Shown in pieces: positions 14,801 to 26,977 of a stretch of 64,000 bases of DNA. Origin of the DNA: Seison nebaliae (taxonomy: Eukaryota); the NCBI GenBank assembly GCA_023231475.1, contig JALJEE010002175.1:1-64000 (forward strand). Reading direction: 5' to 3'. A program made the position numbers and the translations under genes. The stretch's first letter is position 1. The number at the start of each line of letters is the position of its first letter. Under the pieces are notes generated by a model, which saw nothing but the letters and a program-made list of their open reading frames with translations, ran no database searches and was not told the origin of the DNA.

Positions 14801-17800
14801 TTTCCTTATGCGATTTTTTGCGATATTCGCCAACGATACCGATTCGGTAATTCCAGGTAATGTTCGTAATTTTTGGTTGGATTCTTTAATAATTTTTATT
14901 AAATAAAAGTTTAAAACGAGTAGTAATATTAGTGGAATCAACTTATAGAGAATGAATGTGAAGATCATATAATGATGATTAAATAATACTCTTGATTTCA
15001 TATTATGGTCATGAGAAATCATCGACACATTCAATCGAATGGGTACAGTGATATTGAAATGTTGATTATGGAATTGGTCAGTGATGATCTGATTATTTTC
15101 AGCGAGTAATCGACACGCTTTAGCATTCTGACTCATTCCTAATTTCAAATAATATGGACTGTCGATCAACGCCACAATTATCCAACAAATGATCAAGGCG
15201 ATTCGAGCGTATTTTGCCTTACAATATGTAGCGCCACGTAACGGATCACGAACGAAAAAAAACCTTTCGATGGTCAATGCTACTGTGGTTATCACACTGA
15301 TATGTCCAAACATGTTCGACAATGGTATCGTATATGCTTCTAATGACGTGTAATTAAATGAACGAGATATGGTTAACGAACTGATGATGATTAAGGTCAA
15401 ACAATCGGCTAATGATAATCCAGTTAAATAAGTGTAAGATGATTCTTTCAATACATTCGAACGGAATGTCAGCACACTTAAGTTCATGGCATTGCAGAGA
15501 ATGCCAAATATGCAGAGCGATGGCCATAAATATCGATAAGCGATTTGTTTGACTATCACATCCGAATAATCCATCCAATCTTTATTCTGATTAATAATCA
15601 TCTCGATCTTCCTCCAATCATTCAGTGAATTAATTATCTCGATTTTCTCATTCATTCTCATTCTTTTCCATTGTGTCAATTTGAAATTGTTGGGGTGAAT
15701 TGAAAATATATGTTTTTAACCAACCGCCGTCCCACCCGAAAGGAAAATATGGAAAATATTCTTTCTATTTATTCGATGTCGTCGATCTCTAGAGGGAGAA
15801 TGATACGTATACGGAAAATGTTTAATAGAAAAGAATGTTTCCAAGACGAAAAGATTAATCATATGGAACGATTAGATAAGGATTCGTCATCAATACAAAT
15901 GGCAAATGTATATGCCATTGCACATTGTCATTATGAATAAACAATGTCTTTATTAAATAAAGTAATTGCTTTCTCCACCGAAATTTAATACGTTTACGTA
16001 ATATTATTCCGTTGTTTACAAAGAATCATTCGTACGAATCACCACTTACATTCTTTACGTAATCGATTTGATATTATCATGAGAGAGATTTAGGAACGAA
16101 TTCTATTTTGGTGGAATAAAATCCATTTCGAATATTGTCACAACTGTGACAACTTAAGAGGAATTTCCTCTTTATAATTAAAAGACTTTCTTCAGAAGTA
16201 AAACTTTCGAAAAAAAAGAAAAATTTTTTACATGTTCTTTTATGGATCTCTTGTTCTCTCTCTCGGCGACTACGTGCAGCAATAATGCACAAATCTTCAT
16301 TTCTTGATAAGAGAAATCGGTTTTCTTATCAAATTATCGTTCTCTTTAAATGGAAAGTCATTACGAGTAAATGAAGACATTACGTTGAACTAATTCATCA
16401 TAATCAAAATTTAAATGGAATGTCCCCAAAAAAAAACTGCTCAATAAAATTTGATATTTCCTCTACCTATCTTATTCTGTTGCAAGTCTGATAAAAGAAT
16501 AAATTATATTTCAACTGTAAAGAATTAGTTTTGTTGGGAGAAGTATTCGGCTTTCTCTCCTTTCTATATCTTCTGATTCTTTCTTTCCGTAATGGTTCTT
16601 TGTTCGTTTCTGTTTTGCTCTCTGATATCCGAAAGTTCCTCTTGATGAATGAGATTGATTACTGATTATCTTATAATGAGAACACTTCGTCGAAATCGAC
16701 TCACACATCAAATTATAGGTACGTATCAAAACGATAGTTCATCTTCACTACTCTCATTTGAAGGAAAAGGAAGAAAATATTAGTGAAAGTAAAGTGAAAT
16801 GTATTTGTAGGAATTGATATCTGGAGATCGAACTGTTCTCCGTCACTAATAAGAAACTAATCAAGTAGAATGATAGAGGAAGCTAATAATATTAAGTGAG
16901 AGATACAGATCGAGAAGTGTGAAAATAAAGTTTGGAAAAAATTCCGTTTTATTGAAGTTACTTTTAGGAAGAGACTTCAATTAAGTATTCATCCCAATTT
17001 TTTATATGATACATAATGAGGAAGAACGACGATTGGTATATCCTTCAACCAAAACTGAAAAATGAGAAGAAGATTTATGAAAAGAAAGTCTTAAAAGGAC
17101 TGATGAGTTGTGCCGCCTTCTATCAGAATTGTTGGTAAATAATTGCTAATTAATGCTCGTCTTCACCAAATATAAATAAAGAAGACATATCGTTTGCGTT
17201 TTATAGGAGGCATTCGGAAAGCAAATTACATTTACCAATCTGATTTGATTTCTTATTGATAACGTCATTTACTAATTCATGATGTAGTCAATTGAGCTTT
17301 CCATTCCACAATCTTTACACAATATCATCTTTACAATCATTTATTCGTCGAATTATTTAATTTATTCTTCTCTTATCTTTTATTAGGATCATTACCGGTT
17401 TTTGGTTGGGGGAACGTTGGCAACGGATGACATCGATCTTCCCATTGATAATCCTGCTCCTTATTGGCTACCCGATCGAGCATGGCAGAAATTGCGAGAA
17501 TTATACACTCTCCCAATTATGCAGGACATCATCAAAGTGGCAGATATCGAGAACAGAAAGAATTTTCTTCGAACTCTCTTCGATTCTCCAACACCTGAGA
17601 CGTTTTTTTTAATTTTAAGAAAAATTTTATTTTCCCTTTCTAGCGAACGTTTTCCTCCCATAATCGAAGAGACATCATTCGGATTTTATAAATTGCTATT
17701 AATTCAAGCGTTACGTCCTGATAAACTAACGAACACAATGCAGAACTATGTGGCTTCTCATCTCGGACAGAAGTTCATAGAGCCTCAAGTTCACTTTCAT

Positions 17801-20040
17801 CATTTTCACTTTTCTTTCATTAACGACAAATTAATAGACTGCAGAATTATCATTAGTATTCCGAGAATCCTCACCAAAAGTTCCATTAATATTCATCTTG
17901 TCTGTCGGTACCGATCCTGCCGAAGGTCTATACAAATTTGCAGAGGAAGCGAATTTCTCAAAGAAATTGACCGCTATCTCATTAGGTCAAGGTCAAGGAC
18001 CGAGAGCCGAAGCCATGATGCAAATGGCGATGGAACGCGGACAATGGGTCTTCTTTCAGAATTGTCATCTGGCACCGTCATGGATGCCAACGTTAGAACG
18101 ACTAGTTGAGAACATCGATCCGAATATGGTCCACAAAGATTTCCGTTTATGGCTCACCAGTATGCCGTCGCCGAAATTTCCTGTTGCTATTTTACAAAAT
18201 GGTAGTAAATTGACCATCGAACCACCGAGAGGTATCAAAGCCAACTTATTGCGATCTTATCTACCACTGAATGATGACGAATTGAATTCGTGTGTGAACA
18301 AATCGGATGAATTTAAACGATTATTATTCTCACTCTGTTTGTTCCATGCGGTGACGTTAGAAAGGAGAAAATTTGGTGCTTTGGGTTTCAACATTCCCTA
18401 CGAATTCACCGACGGTGATTTACGTATTTGTATTAGTCAATTAAAAATGTTCTTAACCGAATACGAAGACGTACCATTCAAAGTTTTTCTTCTACTAATT
18501 ACAAATATAAAACGATTTCCATATAAAGGTTCTAATTTATACGGCCGGTCATATCAATTATGGTGGTCGTGTCACCGACGACAGAGATCGTCGTTGTATC
18601 ATGAATATTTTAGCAGATTTCTATTCATCCAAAGTAGTCATGGAAGACGGTTACACTTATGATGATGTTGGACGAAATTACTTTCAATTGGCCAGTGCCA
18701 ATGCCGAACATATGGTTTTTTAATTTTTTTTTTCAGGTCTTTCTTTAAGCTTAAAAATTTCTTTTTTCAGAGTTATATGCTATATATCAAAAATTTACCG
18801 TTAAATGACACACCGGAAATTTTCGGATTACATGACAATGCCAATATTACTTATGCGGAGAATGAGGCGTTTCGACAAGTTGGAAATTTATTAGAATTAG
18901 AACCGAAGAGTACCGGATCAGCCGGTCAAACACCAGAAGAAGTTAATAATTTTATTTATTCTCATTATATTATTTATTTATTATATTTATATTAATTAAT
19001 TTAGATATTGACACAAACAATCAACAAAATTCAAAGTGATGTCCCCCCACCGTTTCCGGTGGACGATATCATGAAAGATTTTCCTGTCAAATATGAAGAG
19101 AGTATGAATACTGTTCTCGTTCAGGAAGTCATCAGGTTTCAACATTATTCATCAATCTCCTAACCATTTGATGGATAGATATAATTCGCTATTGAAAACG
19201 ATTCTGAGATCGACTTCCGATCTGATTAAAGCGTTGAAAGGTCTGGTTGTAATGTCATCACAATTAGAACAGATGTCTAATTCATTGTCAGTGAATGCGG
19301 TGCCAGTGATGTGGGCGAAAAAAGTTGAAATTAATCAAATAATATTAAAATCTTTGATAAATTCACTTTTCAGGCATATCCTTCATTGAAACCATTAGGT
19401 GCATGGATTGTCGATTTGAAGGCACGAATACGTTTCTTGGAAAAATGGATTGAAGAGAAATCAGCAAAAGTTTCCTCCATTCATCAATTTTCTTGTATAG
19501 CTTTAATATTTTTTAAGATTTATTGGATTTCTGGCTTTTATTTCCCACAGGCTTTCCTTACCGGAACTTTGCAAAATTACGCAAGAAAATATCAATTGTC
19601 GATCGACACCATCGCCTTCGATTTTGATGTAATGACTGACGAGAATGACAGACTCGAACCAGCCGTTGACGGTTGTTACATAAATGGCTTATTTTTAGAA
19701 GGTGCTCGATGGGATAGTGAACAATCTCTATTGGTTGACAGTCGTCCAAAAAAACTCTTTACTGAAATGGCCACAATTTGGTTGCGGCCTCAAGCTAATC
19801 GTCTTGAGCCTGAAGGTAACCACTACAATTGCCCAGTCTACAAAACATTAACCAGAGCAGGTTCATTTCAAAAATTTTTAAATAAATTTTTAAATTCAAA
19901 ATTTTTATTATTTTTAAGGAACTTTATCGACAACCGGTCAATCAACGAATTATGTTTTAGCTATCGACTTAGCCGCATCAAAAGAAGAAAGTTTTTGGAT
20001 TAAACGTGGTGTTGCACTTCTTTGTGCTTTAGATTATTAA
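2807..20040 (+). CDS. DNAH1: Axonemal inner-arm dynein heavy chain, DNAH1-type (multi-exon)
   Basis: P-loops [33 protein letters not shown]; stalk coiled coil; C-terminus [19 protein letters not shown]1-like N-terminus [15 protein letters not shown]. Exons: 2807-7476, [7559-7664 or 7776-7881], 8114-8227, 8277-8426, 8475-8668, 8718-10035, 10080-13839, 13934-14085, 17387-17601, 17644-17788, 17838-18482, 18529-18714, 18771-18941, 19005-19135, 19179-19323, 19374-19469, 19518-19860, 19919-20040. All junctions are GT..AG and keep the dynein frame. Confidence 0.93.
7559..7664 (+). other. Dynein alternative exon A (AAA1 Walker B region)
   Basis: 106 nt between ttccAG and GTattg; encodes (S)[35 protein letters not shown]. 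Confidence 0.9.
7776..7881 (+). other. Dynein alternative exon B (duplicate of exon A)
   Basis: 106 nt between aattAG and GTaaac, same phases as exon A; encodes (S)[35 protein letters not shown]. Confidence 0.9.
14117..15661 (-). CDS. Class A (rhodopsin-family) GPCR, FMRFamide/peptide-receptor-like, intronless, nested antisense in a dynein intron
   Basis: Seven hydrophobic segments with GILCN (TM1), YLTGLSLAD (TM2), ALTIERF (TM3), IP (TM5) and NFFFY (TM7); long basic third intracellular loop. First ATG is at 15661; the ORF track starts at an upstream TTG. Confidence 0.9.
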   Translation of the reverse strand: MRMNEKIEIINSLNDWRKIEMIINQNKDWMDYSDVIVKQIAYRYLWPSLCIFGILCNAMNLSVLTFRSNVLKESSYTYLTGLSLADCLTLIIISSLTISRSFNYTSLEAYTIPLSNMFGHISVITTVALTIERFFFVRDPLRGATYCKAKYARIALIICWIIVALIDSPYYLKLGMSQNAKACRLLAENNQIITDQFHNQHFNITVPIRLNVSMISHDHNMKSRVLFNHHYMIFTFILYKLIPLILLLVLNFYLIKIIKESNQKLRTLPGITESVSLANIAKNRIRKNSGNSQKKRFVKQRSLPETFRLKISRGKSLIKRDLTFQKDDKFSSAFKRRLKEETRLTRTLVAVVCAFLLSNLMSVISWPDFSKYYYKTQFSLSDRYLLERTNLIVHSLTLSNCAKINVQKLSSNLLLLLCYTSNFFFYVAFNEKFSKCFFSLINFSCLSQILHRSHSHRTVNHEPITKNIILQKEKEVETVKLLGSKTASQPLNKKFLFEKRRDRLISISSLPPSV

Positions 20041-20140
20041 TTATTACTTAACTTTACTCTCTAAACAAAATAAGCAAAAACTATTGAAATAATTGAAATT
20101 AATTGAATTTCCAATAAATGAATATTAAATTTAAATTAAT

Positions 20141-20707
20141 TTATTCTTCTTCTAATTCAATTAAAGTTCCGTTGCAATCAACGGGATGTAAAAATATAAT
20201 TCTTTTTCCATGAGCTCCAATCACGGGCTCATTTCCCAACAATCTCAAATCTTTCGAATGTTCTTTTTTGATATGATTTATCATCTCATCCAAATTCTTC
20301 ACTTCTATGCAGATGTGGTGCATTCCACCATATTTATTCTTTTGAAGAAATTTCGATATAGGAGAATCTTTAGATGTTGGTTCTAACAATTCGATTTTCG
20401 TATTTCCTAAATCCACAAACAACACTTTCACTTTCTGTGATTTAACTTCCTAGAAAAAAAGAGAAATTATGAGGAAAATAATTTGAAATTTGAACTTTAA
20501 TTTCAGATACATTGTCAGCTAGGAGAATGTTCGAATATAATTTTCCCGCTTCCTCTACATTGGGAACGGCAATCGCTATGTGATTTACTTTTCCCAATTT
20601 GAAGGGAAAGGATTTTGTACTGAACGATCTGGGTAATTTATAAACTATTTTAAATTATCATATAGAAAGAATAACTTACTGAAAGTGGTCGATAAATGAC
20701 GAAACAT
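20141..20707 (-). CDS. MCEE: Methylmalonyl-CoA epimerase, mitochondrial (3 exons)
   Basis: LGKVNHIAIAVPN, FVDLGNTKIELLEP, GGMHHICIEV, IGAHGKRIIFLHPVDCNGTLIELEE; basic Ser/Thr-rich N-terminus. Intron 20450-20495 is clear; the first intron has two in-frame solutions (35 or 47 nt). Confidence 0.95.
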
Positions 20708-21051
20708 TATATTTCATACGAAGATATTTGAGCTAGTCATTCGTTTCATTATTCGTTTGAACTTTTCTGCAACTTTCTACAACTCGTTGTAAAATTTATT
20801 CATCTTGTTCTAATACAGAATATTTCTCTATTCTCTTTTATAGTTATCAATTCAATTGTCTTAAGTAATGAAGTTAATTATTTTTATTTATAAGTTATTT
20901 TTATGAAGTGAATTCTGATCAAAATGAAATCTTGAATATCTTATTCGGAAACATGATTCGATTTGAACTTTAAAAGCGAAGAAAAACCAGAAACTTACAA
21001 AATCCACAAATTTGTTTTTTTTTAATTTTCCAAATAAATTCTTTCCAAGAA

Positions 21052-22364
21052 ATGTTTCGCTTTCTTCATTTTATTTTACTTCTATTTCTAAATATTCACA
21101 TCGAACTAACTCAATCTAATCCAGATGCCTCTCCAAGTTCACAGAATTGTGTTATCAAATTAGTAATTAACTTTTTCCAGAGAATAGAATTAGTGCCTCT
21201 ATAAAATTTAACGGTTGAGATTTTTAAGATTTTCTAAAACTATTTCTTGTGTGTTTTTGTAGAGAAGGAATATAATAAGAAAACTTTAGAAATTACATTA
21301 TATCGTTTAGTATGAACAAATATAAGAAGTATAACAATTTAAAATTGAAGAGTTTAATGATAATACGGATAGAGAAGTAAAAGAGCGAAGAAAGAATACA
21401 ATTAAGAACATAAACCAGTTACAGAAGATCTATAAATCTGTGACTGTTTATGCCGGTTCAAATTCTTAATAAATTCTGTAATTCCATATTCATATTCTTA
21501 TTTAGAAAAAGTCTCCAAATTACAACAAACCGGTTCGCAATTTTTAATTTAAATAAGTATTGAAAAAAATTTCATCACTTTTTTATTTCCGTTTTTCAGC
21601 GATACAAATTTCAGAAAAAATGAAAAGTGTGCCATTTGAAAATCATACAGAAGTTAACTTTTTCGTCAACTCAAGATTTCTTTATCTTTTTTATGGACAG
21701 GCAGGAGAATGTTGTGTGTGTATCGATGGAATTAAGGAAGATACAGAATTCGCATTGAATAATTGTCTGTCGAAAAAATGTTACGAGTGTTATAATGGTG
21801 TTCCTGCGATCAACCATGATTGTCCTTCTTGCATTCGACTCAATAATAAATTGAAAAGTTCTACTAAATTTCTATTATTCTAAAATTATGTTGGATTGTT
21901 GCAGAAATTAAGGGAATTTCCAAATATATGAAATTAGATGTCAAAGAATTTTTTGATAAAGGTTATTATAATATAATATAATATCAGTATAATAATAACT
22001 TTTTATAATAAATTTTACAATTTGCAGTTCAAGTCAATTTGAAGAGTCTCCTTGGTTAGGAATATTTAGAAAGTTATATATATTTCAATAATTTAATTTA
22101 GATCTGGAAGGATCATGGAACATAATAAACAATTATGATTACATTATAAACAAGTCCATTCAAGGATCATCTATAGCCGAAGATGCACAATACGTAGCAA
22201 TAGAGAAATTATCAAAATTTACTGATGAAGATCAGACGATGGGAAATGAAATTCTTAAAAGTTTTGAAGGGGAAAAGAAGAAAAAAAATATATTTAAACG
22301 ATATAGAGATAAAGCGAAGAATTATTTTAAGGGATTGTTTCAACGAAAAAAGAAAAATGAATGA
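21052..22364 (+). CDS. Orphan secreted protein, 282 aa, 10 exons, with RING-like Cys cluster
   Basis: Exons 21052-21136, 21181-21213, 21263-21304, 21351-21455, 21506-21532, 21600-21652, 21701-21857, 21905-21961, 22028-22054, 22102-22364 join into one stop-free frame (849 nt) through nine GTT..AG introns of 44-67 nt. Hydrophobic N-terminus MFRFLHFILLLFLNIHIELTQS. Confidence 0.75.
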
Positions 22365-22608
22365 ATTTATTTTGAGAAAAGAAAAAGAAGAAAAATTAAA
22401 AGATTTTTTTTCCAACAAAGAAATATTAAAAAAATTTTTTTTCAATCAAAGAAAAATTAAAAATTTTTTTTCCATAAAACAAAAATTTCCCCTAAAAATA
22501 AACTAAAAAATTATATAAGAAACATTTTTTAGAAAAAGAAGAGAAGAAAAATTAACGAAGGTTTTATTCAAAAGTAAAGGAAATAGTAAAACATGAGAAT
22601 CATTAGAA

Positions 22609-23086
22609 TTATGCTTCTTTCAATACTTTCGATATGATATCAGAATTTCCTTTAAAATTTGAAAAAAAAAGATTAATTAAAGATATGAATGATATTGAAC
22701 CTGGATCTAAGATGGCCAAAGTGCCAACTCGGAAGAATTTACCACAGGCAGTTCCCAATTCGATGTTGTTGCCACTGTAATAATGAACACCAGATTTAGA
22801 CATCATGGCGTAATATTCCAATTCGGATCGTCTAATAAAAAGGGAAATTAATTTAGTTGAAAAATAATTTCATCTCTTCTTTGATCGTGTTCAAATCTCC
22901 AAGATGGATAAATCAGATTAACCTGACTGGGGGAGTGTTGGTGGCTACCAGGATCAATTTTGCTTTCCCGTGAATCAAAGCCTTCAACGTCTGCTTGTAA
23001 CCAAGAACGGCTTTTCCTGTCTTCATGACCAATTGTAATTTGGCGTTTGTGTTTTCGGCACCTTTCTTCGCATTTTTAGAAACCAT
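22609..23086 (-). CDS. RPL30: 60S ribosomal protein L30 (eL30), 3 exons
   Basis: [20 protein letters not shown]...[36 protein letters not shown]; introns 22832-22922 and 22650-22700. Confidence 0.97.
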
Positions 23087-26000
23087 TTTGAATAAATTAT
23101 TAAAGAATTTTTTTAAAAGTTTCTGTATCTTCGAAAATAAATGAAAGATTCAAATAGAACGAGGATAAAAATGTAGAGGGGTAGCAAGAGAAATGTGAAA
23201 ATTGATAAAAGCTTAAAATTTAAATTTATAAGAATTAAAAAAAAATTTTAAAAATAAAAAAAAATACAATATATTATCTTCCAAATAACTGAGCTTAAGT
23301 TAACCGGAGAAGTAAAAAATAATAATTTTTACTTCAATATTTTAATTTTGTGATGGAGAATTGGTTTAATTGATGATCATTTCAATTGGAAGTTCTTCTT
23401 AACGTTGATTTCGTTATGATAATTATCGTTTGTCTAATGATTAATTTTTGGGACAAATTAGATATGTATCAAAACTAATTGAAAAGTGAGAACTATGGTA
23501 TAATTGAGAGTAATCTGTAAGAAGATGATGGATATCTACATAACCTGATCACGATGAATAATGAAGGAAATTAATGTTTAAATAAGTTATCGGTGATGTT
23601 TGATTAAAAGAAATAATTTAATTGTTTCAATTTTACTATGCAGATGGCGAAACAGATAATAGATGATAAATTTTTAAAATGACAGACGATAACGAATAAA
23701 TGAATTTAATATCATTCGAAACTCATCGAATCGTCCTTCATTGGCTCCTTCTGAATTGCGTCACAGTAACTAGTCTCCAAATAAATCTATTTAACATGTT
23801 CACTTACTTCGAAATTGTTATTATTATTTTGGGTGAAAGAAGATTGAGCCGTTTTGGTCTGATATTTGATTTTGCTAAACTCATTAATCTTTTCCCTCCC
23901 CACCAACACTCTTATCGTCATTAACGTTTTCTGTTAACGTTTAAACGTCAACCAATTTGAATTTGGTTAATTTCGATATATTTCCTATTTTATGTAATAT
24001 AAATTGAGTGTCGTCGAAATTCGAACGTTCTTTCTGCAAAATGAAAAATTCTCGAAAATTTTCAATAAAATTTCATGTACTTCGAATCATATGAGAAATG
24101 GTCTTATTCTCTTACAAATTGAAATGAGTAACGTTAACGTAGATTAATGCGATTACTTCTAATTTACGAGAATTACTCAGCGGAAAAATAATAGTTGGTT
24201 CAATGATAATGTGTAAAAATTAGGAGTAAAACTATTCGACAGTTTGTTGGAGGACGAACAATATCGTCGTTTATTGAATGATGAACTTTGAATGTAAGAA
24301 AGATACTATTGAGAAGATTGTCGTTCAATTTGCTAATATTTATTACCGACTATCTGACGTGAATGAAGATGATTCTCGGAATAAAAGGTCGTGTGAATTG
24401 CTCACCTAAAATCAAATTTCGAACAGATTATATCGAGCAAACTCTTCTTCCAACGTCGAATGAATAATGTATTTTTCGGTTGAAAAAAATGGGGAAATGT
24501 TCAATTTTAAGAATCGTATGTGGATCGAGTGTTATTGATATGACGTCACATGTTTGATGCAACTTCTTCGTAATTCGTATATTGTTCAATTCTTATCGGA
24601 GGGGAGGAAGTAGAGGAATATTTATCAACATTATCCAAATTATTAATTCTTTTTAACGCCGGACACAATGAATGATGAAGGACTCGGACATCAATCAGTG
24701 CTTTATCTTTGATTCAACAATCTGATGTTTTTGACAATATGCGAAAAAAATTCATTTTGAAAATTGTCATTATTCGTTCTCTCAATCCGTCATCAAACTT
24801 ATCCGAATCATCTTACTTGATCGTGATCAAACATTAAAGGAGAACATAAATAAAATGTGATTTTACCTTTTGTTCCTTGTTGGGAAAGATGAAATGTTTT
24901 CGTCTATTCTCTCCTCTTTCTTTTTTCGATAATTGAGTAATCGTCAATTACGTACGTTCTCGACAATTGCTCTCTAATTTGCCAGCGTAATAACGATAAT
25001 TTACTAATCTGTTCGTTTATCATTGATAGAAATAATCGAAATTTGTTTGCAGATTTTCTTTTTTTAAAGGAAACGATCAAGAAACGCGCGAATTGAAATC
25101 GGATTAATGTTAGTACAGTTTCGATCCACTAATTTCAGTAGTGAGTAAAAGCCGTTGCGGCTGAATGAACGACTGATGAGAAGCGATCGAAAACAACTTC
25201 TTACCATAACGTTGTTCAATGCGCTCTCTATAAATTGAGGAGTATGCGAATAATGAGAGACGTTTCATCGATTTAAAACTTTCGAGATGACATCGATTGG
25301 ATAGAGGAAGTAATTTCACTTAAACTATTAACTTGTTAAAAATTATTCGTTAGATTTCCTGCTTATTCTCATGCAGCAATTGCGTCGATGAGCGAAACAT
25401 TAGATAATTCGTAAGAAGAAAGTGTCATTGTAATGTCACGAATATATTTGTCGAGTGATTGAAATTGATTTGAGCAAAACGACTTTTCTTCATGTTCAAT
25501 TGACAAAAAAGAAATTTATTGAAGATTAGAAAAAAGAAATTTGTTGAAGATTTAAAAAAAGAAATGTAGTTCGTCTTTCTTCTTTCTCTCGTTTTGTGGT
25601 TCGTTTTAACTAATCCCAATTCACATTTCCATCCTTTAGACTCCGATAGAAGATATCTCAATTCTTCATTCAAAACTTTCTTCCCAGACCATCTAATAAT
25701 ACTAGTAATAATAGTAGTAGTAGTAGAGAAATAAGATTAATATTTTCATTGAAGCAAATCATATATCAAATCATTATTTCTGAAAATTCCACATAATTAA
25801 CTTTCAATAACTAACGAAAAAAATATATATTTATATATTTATTCGAGCAGTTATCGATCAAGACAAGGTGCACACTAATAATAATTAGTTGTAGAAATTG
25901 CACGTCCCCAACCCTTTTTTCTTTTGAGACACCTCCACTCATCCCACTAATGTACTAGTAACATTCAATGTGTACAGTTAGCAACTTAATTGTTTCTTCT

Positions 26001-26977
26001 CTCGATGTTCATTTGTCTCTCAATATGTGTGTGTGGTTTGTTCGATGGTGCGGAACGGGAGAAAGAAACCCTGACTATATGTCACAACCACAGTTTATCA
26101 TGAGAGAATAGTAATAGGAAGAAGAAGAAGACAATGATGGGAATTAGTTTAATTATGATTAGATTGCAATTGTCTAATGAAGACAAGACGCAATAGGAGG
26201 AGGATAATATTTTGAAAGTTTATGACAAAATAGGCAGTTCCGCTTATCATTGCTTATTGTTTAATAATGATTATCTAATCATTGAAAATTGGAGAAAACA
26301 TTTGGATATCTCTTTTGTCTTTTCCCGTTCGCCTCTTTTCCGCAATAATAACGCATTGGTGCACATATACGCTACTGCACTATTTCCTCATTCAGCCATC
26401 GTCTCTTCCTTATATTGAACGCTTTTTCTGGATGAATCGTTCTCCGTCAAAACACCCAACTCGATCTCAATAATAAAGGGATGTGAATGATTGAGAAGTT
26501 GAACGGACAAAAAGAAAATTCATTTCATCAACAACTTGCATCGGACATGTCATGCAAGCAGTATGACAACTTTGTCATTTCTTCTTCGTCCAACCTAATA
26601 GCGAATTGAGGATCTAACAACAAAATTAGATCTTTCAATTTATTAATAACATTATTATATTCTGTCTCCTTATCTGTTTATCGTATCTCTCTTCTTGATA
26701 ATTGTCTCCGCTCGTTGCAGCCCTCCACACCACTACCTTTCTCATTTCTTTTAATTTACACATTTTTTTTCTTTCGTTCCTAAAGAAGATTTCCACTTTT
26801 TTTTTGCGAAGTTTATACAATAAACTTTCGAGTAAGAAAGTTTAAACTTTTTGTTTTCTTTCGAGCTCTATCATTCGTTCAACGACCGGTTGCCTCACTA
26901 AAACCGACTGAATTCTCGTTCGATTCAGTATAAACCATCATTTTAGAAAAATACCATCATATCAGTCTTCTTTGAAA

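Noticed and set aside
7477..20040. Dynein ORF breaks as pseudogenisation, programmed frameshifts or stop-codon reassignment
   Set aside because: Every break is resolved by a short AT-rich GT..AG intron, and the standard code translates all conserved genes correctly.
20837..20849. Shared 13-mer TGATAACTATAAA (GATA+TATA-like), also at 51480-51492, upstream of two minus-strand genes
   Set aside because: Plausible promoter element, but a repeated 13-mer is expected by chance in 64 kb this AT-rich.
22225..22506. Lys-rich 93-aa ORF
   Set aside because: Out of frame with the last exon of the 21052-22364 gene and extended only by A-rich sequence.
22832..22922. Longer RPL30 intron (91 nt) as a snoRNA host or L30 autoregulatory kink-turn
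   Set aside because: CTGA and GATGA occur, but in the wrong order for a C/D snoRNA and with weak flanking stems; too short for an H/ACA RNA. An Infernal search would be needed.
23100..26900. Short ORFs in the long spacer between RPL30 and the low-complexity gene
   Set aside because: No recognisable domains or consistent exon chain; treated as intergenic or regulatory.
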